64,000 bases of DNA, taken from Longimicrobiales bacterium. GTDB lineage: Bacteria; Gemmatimonadota; Gemmatimonadetes; Longimicrobiales; Gaopeijiaceae. The stretch covers positions 800,001-864,000 of the forward strand of contig CBDDCX010000008.1 of assembly GCA_965226375.1 (NCBI GenBank), in the 5' to 3' direction. A model generated the notes under the pieces. The model did no database searches. It worked only from the letters and a program-made list of their open reading frames with translations, and was not told the origin of the DNA. A program made the translations under genes and the position numbers. Positions 47,446-58,102 of this stretch are shown piece after piece. Numbering within the stretch: the first letter of the stretch is position 1; every line of letters begins with the position of its first letter.

Positions 47446-47883
47446 ATGTCGACAGATCTCAAGAAACAGATACAGAATGATCTGATCGAGGCCCGAAAGG
47501 CGCGTGACCGGCTCCGGACCGTGGTGATTACCACACTCCTTTCCGAGGTCAGAAACCGCGAAATCGACGCGCGAGGCGAGCTGGATCACGCGGGTGTAGA
47601 AGCGGTGGTCACACGCGCGATCAAGCAGCGACGTGACGCGTCCGAACAGATGAGAGCCGGTGGGCGCCCCGCATTGGCGGAAAAAGAAGAAGCCGAGGCC
47701 GAGATTCTCCAGGCCTACCTTCCGCCACCCCTGACCGAGGCGGAGGTCCGGGTGTTGGTGCAGAGTGCCATCGCCGGAGGAGCCGACCAGTTGGGAGCCC
47801 TCATGGGGCAGGTCATGCCTCAACTCCGAGGACGCTTCGACGGCAAAGAGGCCAACCGCATCGTTCGGGAGGAGCTGGGGTGA
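47446..47883 (+). CDS. GatB/YqeY domain protein
   Basis: LKKQIQNDL..ARKARD, IKQRRDAS, YLPPPL, MGQVM..RFDGK. Confidence 0.92.
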   Translation: MSTDLKKQIQNDLIEARKARDRLRTVVITTLLSEVRNREIDARGELDHAGVEAVVTRAIKQRRDASEQMRAGGRPALAEKEEAEAEILQAYLPPPLTEAEVRVLVQSAIAGGADQLGALMGQVMPQLRGRFDGKEANRIVREELG

Positions 47884-47929
47884 GAGGCGGGCCGCTCCCT
47901 CGGGGGCCGACGGTTCGGGAGTTGGTCGG

Positions 47930-50287
47930 ATGAGCGAGCACGCGCTCGCCGTGCTTGATTTTCCACGGGCCCTGGAGCTGGTCGCGCGGCACGCCACGTC
48001 CGAGGCCGGCGGACAGGCGGTTCTCTCCCTCCGGCCCCGTACCGATCGCGATTGGCTGGAGCGCGAGCTTGCACGTGTCGCCGAGACGGGGGCGTTCAGC
48101 GAGTCTCTGTCCCCTTGGGCTCCACCGCCGATCCCCGATTGCGCCGAAGCCCTCTCGCGCCTGGGCGTGGACGGATCCGCGCTCGAGGCGATGGAGCTGC
48201 ATTCGGTAGGAGTCCTTCTCGCCTCGTGCGGTCAATTGGCCCTTCCGTTGGGTACCCACCGCGAAGACTTTCCCGAGCTCGGCTTTCTGGGAGATCGGCT
48301 CCACCGGGATCCACAGATGGTCGCTCGGGTCGAAAAGACCGTCGATGCGACAGGCGAGGTCTTGGACACCGCGAGCCCCGACCTGCAACGAATCCGCGGC
48401 CGCCTCCGCGGTGCGCACTCGAAGATCGTCCGCAAGCTCGAGGCGTTCGTGCGTGATCTCCCCGAACGGTATACGGTCCTCGACGCCTCCATCGGGGTCC
48501 GCGAGGGCCGGTACGTGGTCCCCGTCCGTAGAGAGGGCAAGAAGGAGGTCGGAGGCATCGTCCACGACGAGTCGCACACGGGCGCGACACTGTTCGTGGA
48601 GCCGCCGGTAGCTCTGGCCCTGACGAACGAGTTGAGGGCACTCGAGCGAGAGGAGGCCCGCGAGGTCCATCGGGTTCTCATCGAGGTCACCCAGCTCTTG
48701 CGTCCGAGCCGCGATGCGCTGATCGGCAGCCTCGACGCGCTGGTCGAGTTCGACTCCCTGTACGCAAGGGCGCGAGCGGCCGTGCATTGGGGGGCGGCGG
48801 TCCCCGTTTTCGTCGACGACGGCCAGGGGTTGGTCGTGGTGCGGGGCAGGCATCCCCTACTTCTCTCCGGCTCCGACAAGGATGTCGTGCCGTTTCACCT
48901 CGCGCTCGATCCGGGGGAACACGTGCTCGTGGTCTCCGGGCCCAACACGGGGGGCAAGAGCGTCTTTCTCAAGTCGGTCGGTCTCATCACGGTGCTGGCA
49001 CAGAGCGGAGTGATTCCGCCGGTCGACCAGGGTACTCGTCTGCCCATCTTCCAATCGTTCTTCGCGGACATCGGTGACGAGCAGTCCATCGCGGAGAGCT
49101 TGTCGACGTTCTCGGCTCACCTCGCGAACTGGCGAGAAGTCGCGGAGCGGGCCGACCAGGGTTCCCTCGTGCTCCTGGACGAGATGGGCACGGGGACGGA
49201 CCCGACGGAAGGGGCTGCACTCTCCATGGCGCTCCTCGAGCATCTGGTGAAGCGTGGTGCCACGGCCATCGTCACCTCTCACCTGGGTGCGCTCAAGCGA
49301 TTGGACGCTGACGGCAGCGGGATCGTCAATGCGTCTCTCCAGTTCGATCCGGATCGCATGGAGCCGACCTATGAGCTGGTGAAGGGCCGGCCTGGACGCA
49401 GCTACGGCCTGGCTATCGCACGTCGGCTGGGACTTCCGGCTGCCCTGCTGGACCGGGCCGATGAGAACATGTCGGGCGGTGAGTCGTCCATCGAAGACCT
49501 TCTGGAGCGTCTTGAGCGGAAGGACAAGGAGGCCCGGGAGCTGGTGGCTTCCCTGGAGCATGAGCGAGGGGTGGTGGTACGGCTCCGTGCGGAACTCGAG
49601 GTCCGTGAGTCCGATCTTCGCGCCGAGGAGCGCGAAGCCGAGCGCAAGGCCAGGGACGAGGCACGCCAGCTGCTCATGGAGGCGCGGGGTGAGGTCGAGG
49701 AGGCCATCCGCGAAGTGAAGGAGGCCAAGACCACCGAGGACATCCAGCAGGTGGCGCGGAAGGCCCGTCGCAAGGTCGAGCAGGCCGCCCGGCGCCAACG
49801 TGAGCTACGACCCGGTAAGCGGCGTGCCGGCGGAGCCTCCGACCTGGCTTCGGGCGACCGGGTAAGAGTGTTGGACGGGGGCCCAAAGGGCGTCGTGATG
49901 GAGATTCGGGATGATCGGGCCGTAATCGACGCGTCCGGCATCAGGATGAAGGTACCCCTGGCCGATCTGGAGCTTCTCGACGGTGTGGCTGGTCAGGGTG
50001 GGGGGCACAAGGCGGCGGTGTCGTGGAGCGCTCCCGAGGGCCCGGTTCGCACCGAGGTCGATCTCCGCGGTTTCCGGGTCGACGAAGTGGAGCGAAGACT
50101 CTTCCAGGCCATGGACGAGGCGATCCTGAATGAACTCCCCGAACTCAGAATCATCCACGGTAAGGGTACGGGAGCGGTCCGGTCCCGCGTGACGGAGATA
50201 TTGGAGAGTGACGGCAGGGTCTCGGCGTTCCGCCTCGGCGGGCGCATGGAAGGCGGGGCCGGAGTCACCGTGGCGAGCTTCAAGTGA
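47930..50287 (+). CDS. mutS2: Endonuclease MutS2
   Basis: GATLFVEP, SGPNTGGKS, DIGDEQSI..LSTFSAH, DEMGTGTDP, Smr domain IIHGKGTG. Confidence 0.95.
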   Translation: MSEHALAVLDFPRALELVARHATSEAGGQAVLSLRPRTDRDWLERELARVAETGAFSESLSPWAPPPIPDCAEALSRLGVDGSALEAMELHSVGVLLASCGQLALPLGTHREDFPELGFLGDRLHRDPQMVARVEKTVDATGEVLDTASPDLQRIRGRLRGAHSKIVRKLEAFVRDLPERYTVLDASIGVREGRYVVPVRREGKKEVGGIVHDESHTGATLFVEPPVALALTNELRALEREEAREVHRVLIEVTQLLRPSRDALIGSLDALVEFDSLYARARAAVHWGAAVPVFVDDGQGLVVVRGRHPLLLSGSDKDVVPFHLALDPGEHVLVVSGPNTGGKSVFLKSVGLITVLAQSGVIPPVDQGTRLPIFQSFFADIGDEQSIAESLSTFSAHLANWREVAERADQGSLVLLDEMGTGTDPTEGAALSMALLEHLVKRGATAIVTSHLGALKRLDADGSGIVNASLQFDPDRMEPTYELVKGRPGRSYGLAIARRLGLPAALLDRADENMSGGESSIEDLLERLERKDKEARELVASLEHERGVVVRLRAELEVRESDLRAEEREAERKARDEARQLLMEARGEVEEAIREVKEAKTTEDIQQVARKARRKVEQAARRQRELRPGKRRAGGASDLASGDRVRVLDGGPKGVVMEIRDDRAVIDASGIRMKVPLADLELLDGVAGQGGGHKAAVSWSAPEGPVRTEVDLRGFRVDEVERRLFQAMDEAILNELPELRIIHGKGTGAVRSRVTEILESDGRVSAFRLGGRMEGGAGVTVASFK

Positions 50288-52083
50288 TCCCCGACGACCA
50301 GGTCGAAGAGGTTCGGGCTCGGGCGGACATCGTCGAGATCATCGGCGACATCGTTCCCCTGAAGAAGTCCGGAAAGGACTACAAGGCCTGTTGCCCGTTC
50401 CATGAAGAGAAGACCCCGAGCTTCTACGTGGTCCCGGCAAAGGGCTTCTACAACTGTTTCGGCTGCGGTGAGTCGGGCGACGTGTTCTCGTTCCTCATCA
50501 AGCGTCTGGGCCTTGACTTCGTCGATGCCGTCAAGCACGCGGCGCAGAGGTCGGGTGTCGAGATCCGAGAGGTGACCCAGGGCCATCAGGAAGAGGATCC
50601 ATTCCGCCACCTGTATGAGGCCAACGCCTTTGCCCGAGTGTTCTTCCAAGACTCGCTGTGGGATGAGAAGGTGGGGAAGGAGGCCCGAACCTATCTGGAC
50701 AAACGCGGAATCGACCGAGAGACGGCGGAGCGGTTCTCCCTCGGTTTCGCCCCCGACGAATGGAGAGCGCTACGAGAGGCCGCGGCCCATCACGGGATCG
50801 GAGACGAGACACTCCTCGAGGTGGGTCTCCTGACCCGGAGCGAGAAGAGCCAGGAGCCGTACGACCGCTTCAGAGGCAGGGTCACGTTCTCGATCGAGAA
50901 CCTGGGCGGCAAGGTCCTGGGATTCGGGGGGCGAGTGCTCGATTCGGGCAGGGAGGGGGCCCCCAAGTACGTCAACTCTCCGGAGTCGCCGATCTATCAC
51001 AAGGGCGACGTGCTCTATGGGCTGAGCTGGGCGAAGAACAGCATCCGTCGTGAAGACACGGCTCTGGTAGTGGAGGGTTACATGGATGCCGTGTCGTTGG
51101 CCGCGGCTGGATTCGAAAACGCTGTGGCACCGCTCGGCACGGCTCTGACCCCCCAGCAGGCGGCGCTGCTTCGCCGCTACACAGCCCGGGTCCACATCCT
51201 CTTCGACAGCGATCCCGCCGGTCTCAAGGCCACCTTCAGGGCAGGAGATGTGATGTTGGCAGCCGGACTCCATCCCGCCGTCGTCACGCTTCCCCCCGGG
51301 GAAGACCCCGACACGCTGGTTCACAAGGAGGGAGCCGAAGGCCTCCAGGCTCACATCGATCAGGCGGTCGACGTGCTCGATCGCAAACTACAGATTCTTC
51401 AGGAGCGGGATCACTTTTCGAGCATCGAGCAGACTCGGAACGCCGTCGACCGATTGTTGCCGACCCTGCGGGCGGTGCAGGATCCCGCTCTCCGTGACAT
51501 CTACGTCTCGAAGGTCTCGGATCGCACTGGCGTGCGCCGTGAGACCTTGCAGGAGGAGTTGACCAGAGCAAGCTCCTCCGCCCTGGTCGCGCCGCGCCCG
51601 CGCCGGTCGACGCCACGGCGGGTCGTTGCGCCGACCATTCCGCCCATGGGCGCGGAGCGCGAGCTTCTGTTGCTCATGACCAAGGATCGGGACTGGATCG
51701 AGAGGGTGGGAGAGCACCTCGGACCGGACGACTTTCTCGACCTCGGCTATCGAGGCGCATTCGAGGCGCTCCTTGCCGATCCGGGGCTCGCTCACGCCCC
51801 TTCCGGGCTTTCACCCGGCGTCACCCAGACGCTCGAGGAATTGCTAGCCGATCGGAAGGAACTCCGCCAGGCGCACCGGGTTTTCGAAGAGTCGCTGAGT
51901 AAGATCCAGAGTACCGCTTTCCAGGAAAGGCTCGACGAGGTCGATCGCCTTATACAGAATACGACGGACCCCGACCGACGTACCGAACTCCTGGTCGAAA
52001 AGGCGCGCCTGGGTAAGGAACGCCGAGAGCTCGGCCTCGATTGGTCTCATGCGGCACGCAGGACTCTGAAGCACGACGGCTAG
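50284..52083 (+). CDS. dnaG: DNA primase
   Basis: CPFHEEKTPSF..CFGC, DRFRGR, KYVNSPE, VEGYMD, FDSDPAG. Confidence 0.97.
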   Translation: MIPDDQVEEVRARADIVEIIGDIVPLKKSGKDYKACCPFHEEKTPSFYVVPAKGFYNCFGCGESGDVFSFLIKRLGLDFVDAVKHAAQRSGVEIREVTQGHQEEDPFRHLYEANAFARVFFQDSLWDEKVGKEARTYLDKRGIDRETAERFSLGFAPDEWRALREAAAHHGIGDETLLEVGLLTRSEKSQEPYDRFRGRVTFSIENLGGKVLGFGGRVLDSGREGAPKYVNSPESPIYHKGDVLYGLSWAKNSIRREDTALVVEGYMDAVSLAAAGFENAVAPLGTALTPQQAALLRRYTARVHILFDSDPAGLKATFRAGDVMLAAGLHPAVVTLPPGEDPDTLVHKEGAEGLQAHIDQAVDVLDRKLQILQERDHFSSIEQTRNAVDRLLPTLRAVQDPALRDIYVSKVSDRTGVRRETLQEELTRASSSALVAPRPRRSTPRRVVAPTIPPMGAERELLLLMTKDRDWIERVGEHLGPDDFLDLGYRGAFEALLADPGLAHAPSGLSPGVTQTLEELLADRKELRQAHRVFEESLSKIQSTAFQERLDEVDRLIQNTTDPDRRTELLVEKARLGKERRELGLDWSHAARRTLKHDG

Positions 52084-52122
52084 GTATCGATAAATGGCTA
52101 GACATTCAATTCAAGAGCACAC

Positions 52123-53307
52123 ATGACACCTCAGACGCATTCAAGACTCAAAGAACTTCAGGAGATGGACCAGGAGATCGCCTCCATCGAGTCCACCGTG
52201 GGTACGTTCGACACCAAGATCGAAGAGGTCGGCGAGCCGCTCAAGCATCTCGAAAAAGAAGTGAAGGCGCTGCAGGCTCGCCTCAAGGAGGTGGCACTCG
52301 AGGAGAACAGGATCGAGTTGTCCATCGAGGAGCGTCGCGTACGGTCGTCGAAGCTCGAGGAGCGGATGAATTCCGTCCGTAACGTCCGAGAAGAGGCCGC
52401 GGTGCACGCCGAGTTGGAGATGGTCAAGCGCTCTCTCGAGAATGACGAGCAGGAGGCTTTGAGTCTCCTGGATCAGATGCGGCGCATGGAAGAGCGTCGG
52501 ACAGAGCAAGAAGAGGCATACGAGGAGGCTTTGGCCGAGGTCGATCCGCGGCGCCTCGAGCTCACGGAGGAAAAGGAAACGGCCGAGGCGCGGCTCAAGG
52601 AGCTGCTGTCCAAGCGGGAAACTTTCGCCGCCGAGATCGACCCGTCTGAACGACGGGTTTATGAGAGCATCATGGCGGGCTCCCGCGGGGTAGCCGTCGC
52701 GGAACTGACGGACGACGGTGCTTGCGGTAACTGCTTTAGTGTGATTCCGCTTCAGATCCAGAACGAGATCCGGCACTCCTCGGGCATCATCCGCTGCGAA
52801 GGCTGTGGGGTGATCCTGTCGCCCGAGTCGGAGGAGGGTATGGCCAAGGCGGAGGAAGAGACCGCCCGCATCGAGGAGGCGCTCCGTGCCTCCGAAGCGG
52901 CCAGGGACGCGGAGCGAGCCGAAACGGCGGCGCATGACGAGGCCGAGCGGGCGGCTGACGAGGACAAGGAGGCCGAGGTCCTCGAGGAAGTCGCCCAGGT
53001 AGAAGAGGTGCGTGACGATGGCATCGACCTCGAGCACCTCGTCGCAGAGGTCGCCGATGACGTAGAGGAGCTCTTGGCCGAGGTTGCCGAAGACGTCACC
53101 GACGCCCAGCCCGTCGAGGAAGCGGTCGCCGAAGTCGCCGCCGAAGAAGCCGAACCGGTCGAGGACGTGGTCGAGGCAGAGGATGCCGATGAGGGCGAGG
53201 TCCTTCCTGAGGCCGTGGCCTCATCCGAGGGTGAGCCCGAAGACTCCGCCGACGTCGCAGAGGATGAGGATGAGGATGAGCCCAAGGAGGGAGCCGCCGA
53301 CGTCTAG
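52123..53307 (+). CDS. Coiled-coil / C4 zinc-ribbon protein (CT398/DUF164-like) with acidic tail
   Basis: LKELQEMDQEI coiled coil, CGNC..CEGC, then about 160 aa E/D/A-rich tail. Confidence 0.85.
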   Translation: MTPQTHSRLKELQEMDQEIASIESTVGTFDTKIEEVGEPLKHLEKEVKALQARLKEVALEENRIELSIEERRVRSSKLEERMNSVRNVREEAAVHAELEMVKRSLENDEQEALSLLDQMRRMEERRTEQEEAYEEALAEVDPRRLELTEEKETAEARLKELLSKRETFAAEIDPSERRVYESIMAGSRGVAVAELTDDGACGNCFSVIPLQIQNEIRHSSGIIRCEGCGVILSPESEEGMAKAEEETARIEEALRASEAARDAERAETAAHDEAERAADEDKEAEVLEEVAQVEEVRDDGIDLEHLVAEVADDVEELLAEVAEDVTDAQPVEEAVAEVAAEEAEPVEDVVEAEDADEGEVLPEAVASSEGEPEDSADVAEDEDEDEPKEGAADV

Positions 53308-53333
53308 ACCGCGGCCTTCCCGACATTCCTGAC

Positions 53334-55118
53334 GTGGACGGCGATGCAGGTGCGGCCTCCCAACCGGCGTTGCCGGCACTCGTCCCCCTCTGGCAGGAAC
53401 CAGCGACTGTCTCACGAGACGCCATACGGCTCCTGGCAGACGCACTCTCGATGCCCGAGGCGCTCTGTGCCCTCTTGGTGCAACGTGGCCTGACCGAGCC
53501 GGAGGACGCCAAGAGCTACCTCCGACCTCTCCTGTCCGACCTGCATCCGGCCTCCCTTCTCGCCGATAGCAAGGAGGCCGTCGCACGGATCCTCTCGGCC
53601 GTCGACCTCGGAGAAACCGTTCTGGTTCATGGTGACTATGACGTCGACGGGGTGTCGGGCACCGCCTTGTTGACGCGGTGGATCCGGAGGATGGGTGGAG
53701 ATGCCGTGCCCTTCGTCCCCAACCGTATAAGAGACGGCTACGACCTGGGCTCCGCTGGCCTCGAGGCGGCACGGATGGCCGGCGCGGTGCTCATCGTCAC
53801 GGTGGACTCGGGGATTCGGGCCCACGATGCGGTGGCCGAGGCGAACGCGTTGGGCATCGATGTGATCATCACCGATCACCACACACCGGCCGACACCCTT
53901 CCCCCCGCCTTCGCCGTGGTCGACCCGAACCGAGCGGACTGTGAGTACCCGAACAAGGGACTTTGCGGGACTGGTGTCGCGTACCGTTTATGCGAGTTGA
54001 TGGCCGATGAGCGCGGCATCGATCATGAGGAGCTGCACCGATTCCTGGACCTGGTGGCCTTGGCCACTATCGCGGACGTGGTGCCGTTGGATCATGAGAA
54101 TCGAACGCTGGTCCGCTACGGTCTCAAGGCCATGGCACGCACCGAGCTTCCCGGACTTCGGGCCCTGATGAAGCAAGCGGGGTTGGAAGATGGGGCTCCC
54201 GAAGCCGGTCAGGTGGCGTTCAGGCTCGCGCCGCGTATCAACGCTGCCGGCCGCATGGCAGAAGCCATGACCGCGCTGGATCTACTCATGACGGAAGATC
54301 CCGAGCGGGCCGAGGAGCTTGCCGGCCGGCTCGAGAAGCACAACACCGACAGACGAGAAGAGGAGGCCAGGACCCTTGAGGAGGCCCTGGAGACCCTGCG
54401 GAGCACGTATCGCCCAGAAAGCGACTTCGGTGTGGTCCTGGCCGGCGAGGGGTGGCACCCGGGCGTCATCGGCATTGTCGCTTCGCGCATCGTCGAGCGC
54501 ATCCACCGACCGACCGTCCTGGTAGCCCTGCGGGACGGGAAAGGGCGGGGGAGCGCCCGATCCATTTCGGGCTTCGACCTCTATGGTGCGGTCCATGCCT
54601 GCCGGGAGTATCTGGGTCGCTTCGGGGGGCATCGTGCGGCGGCCGGAATGGATGTCGCTCAGGAGCACATTGAGGGGTTCCGGCACGCCTTCAACGCGGA
54701 GGCGCGTGATCGCCTCGATGGCCAGCTACCCCGCCCGACCATCAAGCCGGACTTCGAGCTCCGTCTGTCGGAAGCTACGGAGCAGCTCACCCACTTCCTC
54801 TCGTACTTCGGACCCTTCGGAATCGGAAACCCGACGCCTGTCTTCGTTGCACGCAACGTCGAGTTGGGAAGTCCCGCACGAGAGGTCGGAACCGGCCATC
54901 TCAAGCTCCGGCTCACGCAGGAGGGGCATTCTCTCGAAGCCATCGGATTCGGCCTCGTGCACCGGATTCCTCCGGCGTCACTCGGCACCGGCCCCTTGGA
55001 TCTGACGTTCAAGCTCAAGATCGGCGAGTTCCGTGGTCGCCGTCAGGTCGAAGCTCACCTGTTGGACGTGAGAGCCCATGGCGTCGGGGGCGGTATGTCC
55101 GAGGGGGCCGCGACGTGA
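53334..55118 (+). CDS. recJ: Single-stranded DNA exonuclease RecJ
   Basis: HGDYDVDG, TVDSG, ITDHH, APRINAAGR, GRGSARS, GGHRAAAG. Confidence 0.96.
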   Translation: MDGDAGAASQPALPALVPLWQEPATVSRDAIRLLADALSMPEALCALLVQRGLTEPEDAKSYLRPLLSDLHPASLLADSKEAVARILSAVDLGETVLVHGDYDVDGVSGTALLTRWIRRMGGDAVPFVPNRIRDGYDLGSAGLEAARMAGAVLIVTVDSGIRAHDAVAEANALGIDVIITDHHTPADTLPPAFAVVDPNRADCEYPNKGLCGTGVAYRLCELMADERGIDHEELHRFLDLVALATIADVVPLDHENRTLVRYGLKAMARTELPGLRALMKQAGLEDGAPEAGQVAFRLAPRINAAGRMAEAMTALDLLMTEDPERAEELAGRLEKHNTDRREEEARTLEEALETLRSTYRPESDFGVVLAGEGWHPGVIGIVASRIVERIHRPTVLVALRDGKGRGSARSISGFDLYGAVHACREYLGRFGGHRAAAGMDVAQEHIEGFRHAFNAEARDRLDGQLPRPTIKPDFELRLSEATEQLTHFLSYFGPFGIGNPTPVFVARNVELGSPAREVGTGHLKLRLTQEGHSLEAIGFGLVHRIPPASLGTGPLDLTFKLKIGEFRGRRQVEAHLLDVRAHGVGGGMSEGAAT

Positions 55119-55642
55119 GGATCATCGCCGGGCGTTGGAAGGGGAGGCGGCTCAAGGCGCTTCGGGGAAAGGGTGTGCGTCCCACGAGCGATCGTGTGCG
55201 AGAGTCGTGGATGGCGGCCCTGGGGCCGGATCTGGAGGGGGCGGCGGTGCTGGACTTGTTCGCCGGATCGGGCGCTCTGGGGCTCGAGGCCCTGAGCCGG
55301 GGTGCGGCGAGCGCCGTGTTCGTGGAGCGTTCGAGAGGTGCGCTCGGCACCCTCCGTGCCAACGTCGAGCTGCTCGAGGCGGGGCCGGAGACGACGGTGG
55401 TCGCGTCGGACGCGATGGTATACGCACAGCGGCTGGAGCGAGTGTGCTTCGACATCGCCCTTGCCGATCCGCCGTATGGGCTGGGACTGGCCGCGCGGCT
55501 GCTGGAGTCCTTTGCCACGAATCCGTTTGCGTCTCAGCTCTGGGTAGAGCATCGTACTACCGATCCCATCCCGGACCTCACCGGGCTCCGACAACGACGC
55601 TATGGAGACACGGTCATCTCGATTTTCGAGGCGAAGCCATGA
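55115..55642 (+). CDS. rsmD: 16S rRNA m2G966 methyltransferase
   Basis: RIIAGRWKGR, RPTSDRVRE, LDLFAGSGALG, DPPY, RRYG. Confidence 0.93.
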   Translation: MRIIAGRWKGRRLKALRGKGVRPTSDRVRESWMAALGPDLEGAAVLDLFAGSGALGLEALSRGAASAVFVERSRGALGTLRANVELLEAGPETTVVASDAMVYAQRLERVCFDIALADPPYGLGLAARLLESFATNPFASQLWVEHRTTDPIPDLTGLRQRRYGDTVISIFEAKP

Positions 55643-56139
55643 CCCGCGATAAGCCCGTTGTAGCCGTCTACCCCGGCTCCTTCGACCCCATTACCAAAGG
55701 GCATGAGGACGTGGTTCGCCGCTCCTTGCGACTGGCGGATCGGGTCGTCATTGCGGTCGCTCATACGGCGACGCAGGAAAAGGGAAGCCTGTTCACCGTG
55801 GAGCAACGCCTTGCGCTGCTCGAGGAGGTGTTTCAGGGGGAGGAGCGCATCGAGTGTCTCAGCTTCAGAGGTCTCCTGGTCGATCTGGCACAGGAGGTCG
55901 AGGCACGATTCGTGATCCGGGGACTGAGAGCCGTCTCCGACTTCGAGTACGAGTTTCAGATGGCTCAGATGAATAGGGAGCTCTGGAGTGGCGTCGAGAC
56001 CGTCTTCCTGACGCCCGACCAGAAGTATTCGTTCCTGTCCGCCTCCCTGGTCCGCGAAGTGGCTCGCCTGGGAGGAGATGTGTCTCCGTTCGTATCGGAA
56101 CCGGTCCTCAGGGAGATGGAGGCGTTGTTCCAGGAGTGA
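55639..56139 (+). CDS. coaD: Phosphopantetheine adenylyltransferase
   Basis: YPGSFDPITKGH, RGLRAVSDFEYE, SASLVREVA. Confidence 0.96.
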   Translation: MTRDKPVVAVYPGSFDPITKGHEDVVRRSLRLADRVVIAVAHTATQEKGSLFTVEQRLALLEEVFQGEERIECLSFRGLLVDLAQEVEARFVIRGLRAVSDFEYEFQMAQMNRELWSGVETVFLTPDQKYSFLSASLVREVARLGGDVSPFVSEPVLREMEALFQE

Positions 56140-57134
56140 CCTTTCTCGAGTCTTTGGCGACTCGGGCGCGAGCTCTGCAGGCGACGGTGGCGTTTCCCGA
56201 AGCGTCCGATTCCCGCACCGCGGCCGCCATTGCCCGGCTCCTCGACGACCGGGTCTGCGCGGTCGTCGCCGTCGGATCTCGCCGAGGCGTGCGCGAGGCC
56301 CTAGCGGCTACGGAAGCTGACGTGGATGCCGTCCACATCGTGGATCCCACGGATCAGCCGACGGTGGATCGGTATGCCGCCCTGCTCCGCCAGAGGTTGG
56401 GCGACCGAGTTTCGGACAGCACGGCGGATCGGTTGGCTCGCGATCCACTGACGGTGGCCGGCCTGCTGGTGGGGGAGGGAACCGTGGACGGGGTGGTGGC
56501 CGGAGTCGCCCACCCTACCAAGGAGATCATCCGCGCCGCGATCCGGACCATCGGGCCGGCCGAGGGGGTGGACACCATGTCCTCGGCCTTCTACATGCTG
56601 GTTCCGTCCTTCCGTGGAGTGGGCGACGAGGTTCTGACCTTTGCGGACGCAGGTGTGATCCCCGAGCCGAGCTCCGGGGAACTGGCAGATATCGGGGTCG
56701 CGGCGGCGAGGGCCCGAGCGCTCGTGGTCAACGACGAGCCGCGAGTGGCGTTCCTGTCCTACTCGACCCTGGGGAGCGCCTCGGGCGCTGCAGTGGACAG
56801 GGTCGTCCGGGCCGTGGAGCTCTTCAGAGAGCGCCTCCCCGACGTTCCTGTCGACGGGGAGCTACAGGGAGACGCGGCCCTCATCGAGGCCGTGGCCAGC
56901 CGGAAGGCCCCTGGGTCGTCCGTGGCCGGCCGGGCGAACGTTCTCATCTTTCCCGATCTGAACTCGGCCAATATCGCGTACAAGTTGGTCCAGCGGATCA
57001 CGGGGTGCCGGGCTCTGGGGCCCATCCTGCAGGGGCTGCAGAGGCCCTATAACGACCTGTCACGGGGGGCTTCGGCGGATGAGATCTTCGACGTGGCCTG
57101 CATCACCGCGTTGATGGGAAAACGGGGCGGTTGA
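56136..57134 (+). CDS. pta: Phosphate acetyltransferase (PTA_PTB domain)
   Basis: AFPE, VAFLSYST, DGELQGDAA, ANVLIFPDLNSANIAYK, NDLSRG. Confidence 0.92.
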   Translation: MTFLESLATRARALQATVAFPEASDSRTAAAIARLLDDRVCAVVAVGSRRGVREALAATEADVDAVHIVDPTDQPTVDRYAALLRQRLGDRVSDSTADRLARDPLTVAGLLVGEGTVDGVVAGVAHPTKEIIRAAIRTIGPAEGVDTMSSAFYMLVPSFRGVGDEVLTFADAGVIPEPSSGELADIGVAAARARALVVNDEPRVAFLSYSTLGSASGAAVDRVVRAVELFRERLPDVPVDGELQGDAALIEAVASRKAPGSSVAGRANVLIFPDLNSANIAYKLVQRITGCRALGPILQGLQRPYNDLSRGASADEIFDVACITALMGKRGG

Positions 57135-57181
57135 CATGATCGGCGGGGGGTATCCTGAATGCCCAAGTTATCTGGAGTATT

Positions 57182-57200
57182 GCCCCGACGGGGCGTTTTC
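57182..57200 (+). terminator. Possible intrinsic terminator after pta
   Basis: gcccc-gac-ggggc followed by gtttt. Confidence 0.35.
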
Positions 57201-57285
57201 CTGTATCGTTTTCCCGTCCCCTTGCGGCCGCGCGCCCGTGGAGTTCTGCGCGTAGCTGGAGGACCAAACCGTAAACGGAGGAACA

Positions 57286-57618
57286 ATGGCATTTCAGGTG
57301 AGCAAGTCGGGCGAAGTGACGGTCATCGATGTTGAGGGCCAGCTCATCGTCGGAAATCGCCAGGAACTGAAACAGAAGGTTCTCGATGAGCTCGAGAAGG
57401 GCGAACGCAAGTTCGTCGTAGACTTCTCCAATACGGGCTACATCGACTCCTCCGGATTGGGCGTTTTGGTGTCCCTTTCCAAGAAGATCCGTGAGCAAGG
57501 CGGTGAGCTCAAGCTCGCCAGCCTCAATGAGGATCTTCGAACGCTCTTCGAGCTCACCAAGCTCGACACGCTCTTCAAGATCGCCGACAGCCGCGACGAA
57601 GCCTTGACAGGTCTGTAG
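57286..57618 (+). CDS. STAS-domain anti-sigma factor antagonist (RsbV/SpoIIAA-like)
   Basis: VVDFSNTGYIDSSGLGVL phosphoserine motif; SD GGAGG. Confidence 0.93.
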   Translation: MAFQVSKSGEVTVIDVEGQLIVGNRQELKQKVLDELEKGERKFVVDFSNTGYIDSSGLGVLVSLSKKIREQGGELKLASLNEDLRTLFELTKLDTLFKIADSRDEALTGL

Positions 57619-57658
57619 GCACTTCGCGATCAAGCTGACCCTTCGACGAGGGTAACGA

Positions 57659-58102
57659 GTGGATCAAGAACTCATTCTCGAGTTGCCGAACGACATTCGG
57701 TCCATCGAGCACGCGGTTGAGTACGTGATGGAGCACTGCTCCGGTTGCTGCGCCTACGCGCGCAAACTGAACCTGAACTTCCGAGTCGGTCTGAGTGAGG
57801 CGTTGTCCAACGCCATGTTATACGGCAACGACCGTGATCCCGGGAAGCGGGTCCGGGTCGAGGTGACGATCCGAGAGGAAGAGGTGACTGCTCGCGTGAC
57901 CGATCAAGGATCGGGCTTCGACCACACCACCGTGCCCGACCCGACGCTTCCGGGCAATCTCAGCAAGCCCGGTGGCCGCGGTATCTTCCTCATGAGATCG
58001 TTGATGGACGAAGTCCAGTTCAATGAGCAGGGGAATTCCGTGACGCTCATCCTTCGTCTAGAGGATGGGCGGCCCGACGTCGCGGGAGGGGCCTCGGCAT
58101 GA
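57659..58102 (+). CDS. Anti-sigma factor Ser/Thr kinase (RsbW-like, HATPase_c_2)
   Basis: EALSNAMLYG, VTDQGSGF, GRGIFLMRSLMDEV. Confidence 0.92.
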   Translation: MDQELILELPNDIRSIEHAVEYVMEHCSGCCAYARKLNLNFRVGLSEALSNAMLYGNDRDPGKRVRVEVTIREEEVTARVTDQGSGFDHTTVPDPTLPGNLSKPGGRGIFLMRSLMDEVQFNEQGNSVTLILRLEDGRPDVAGGASA

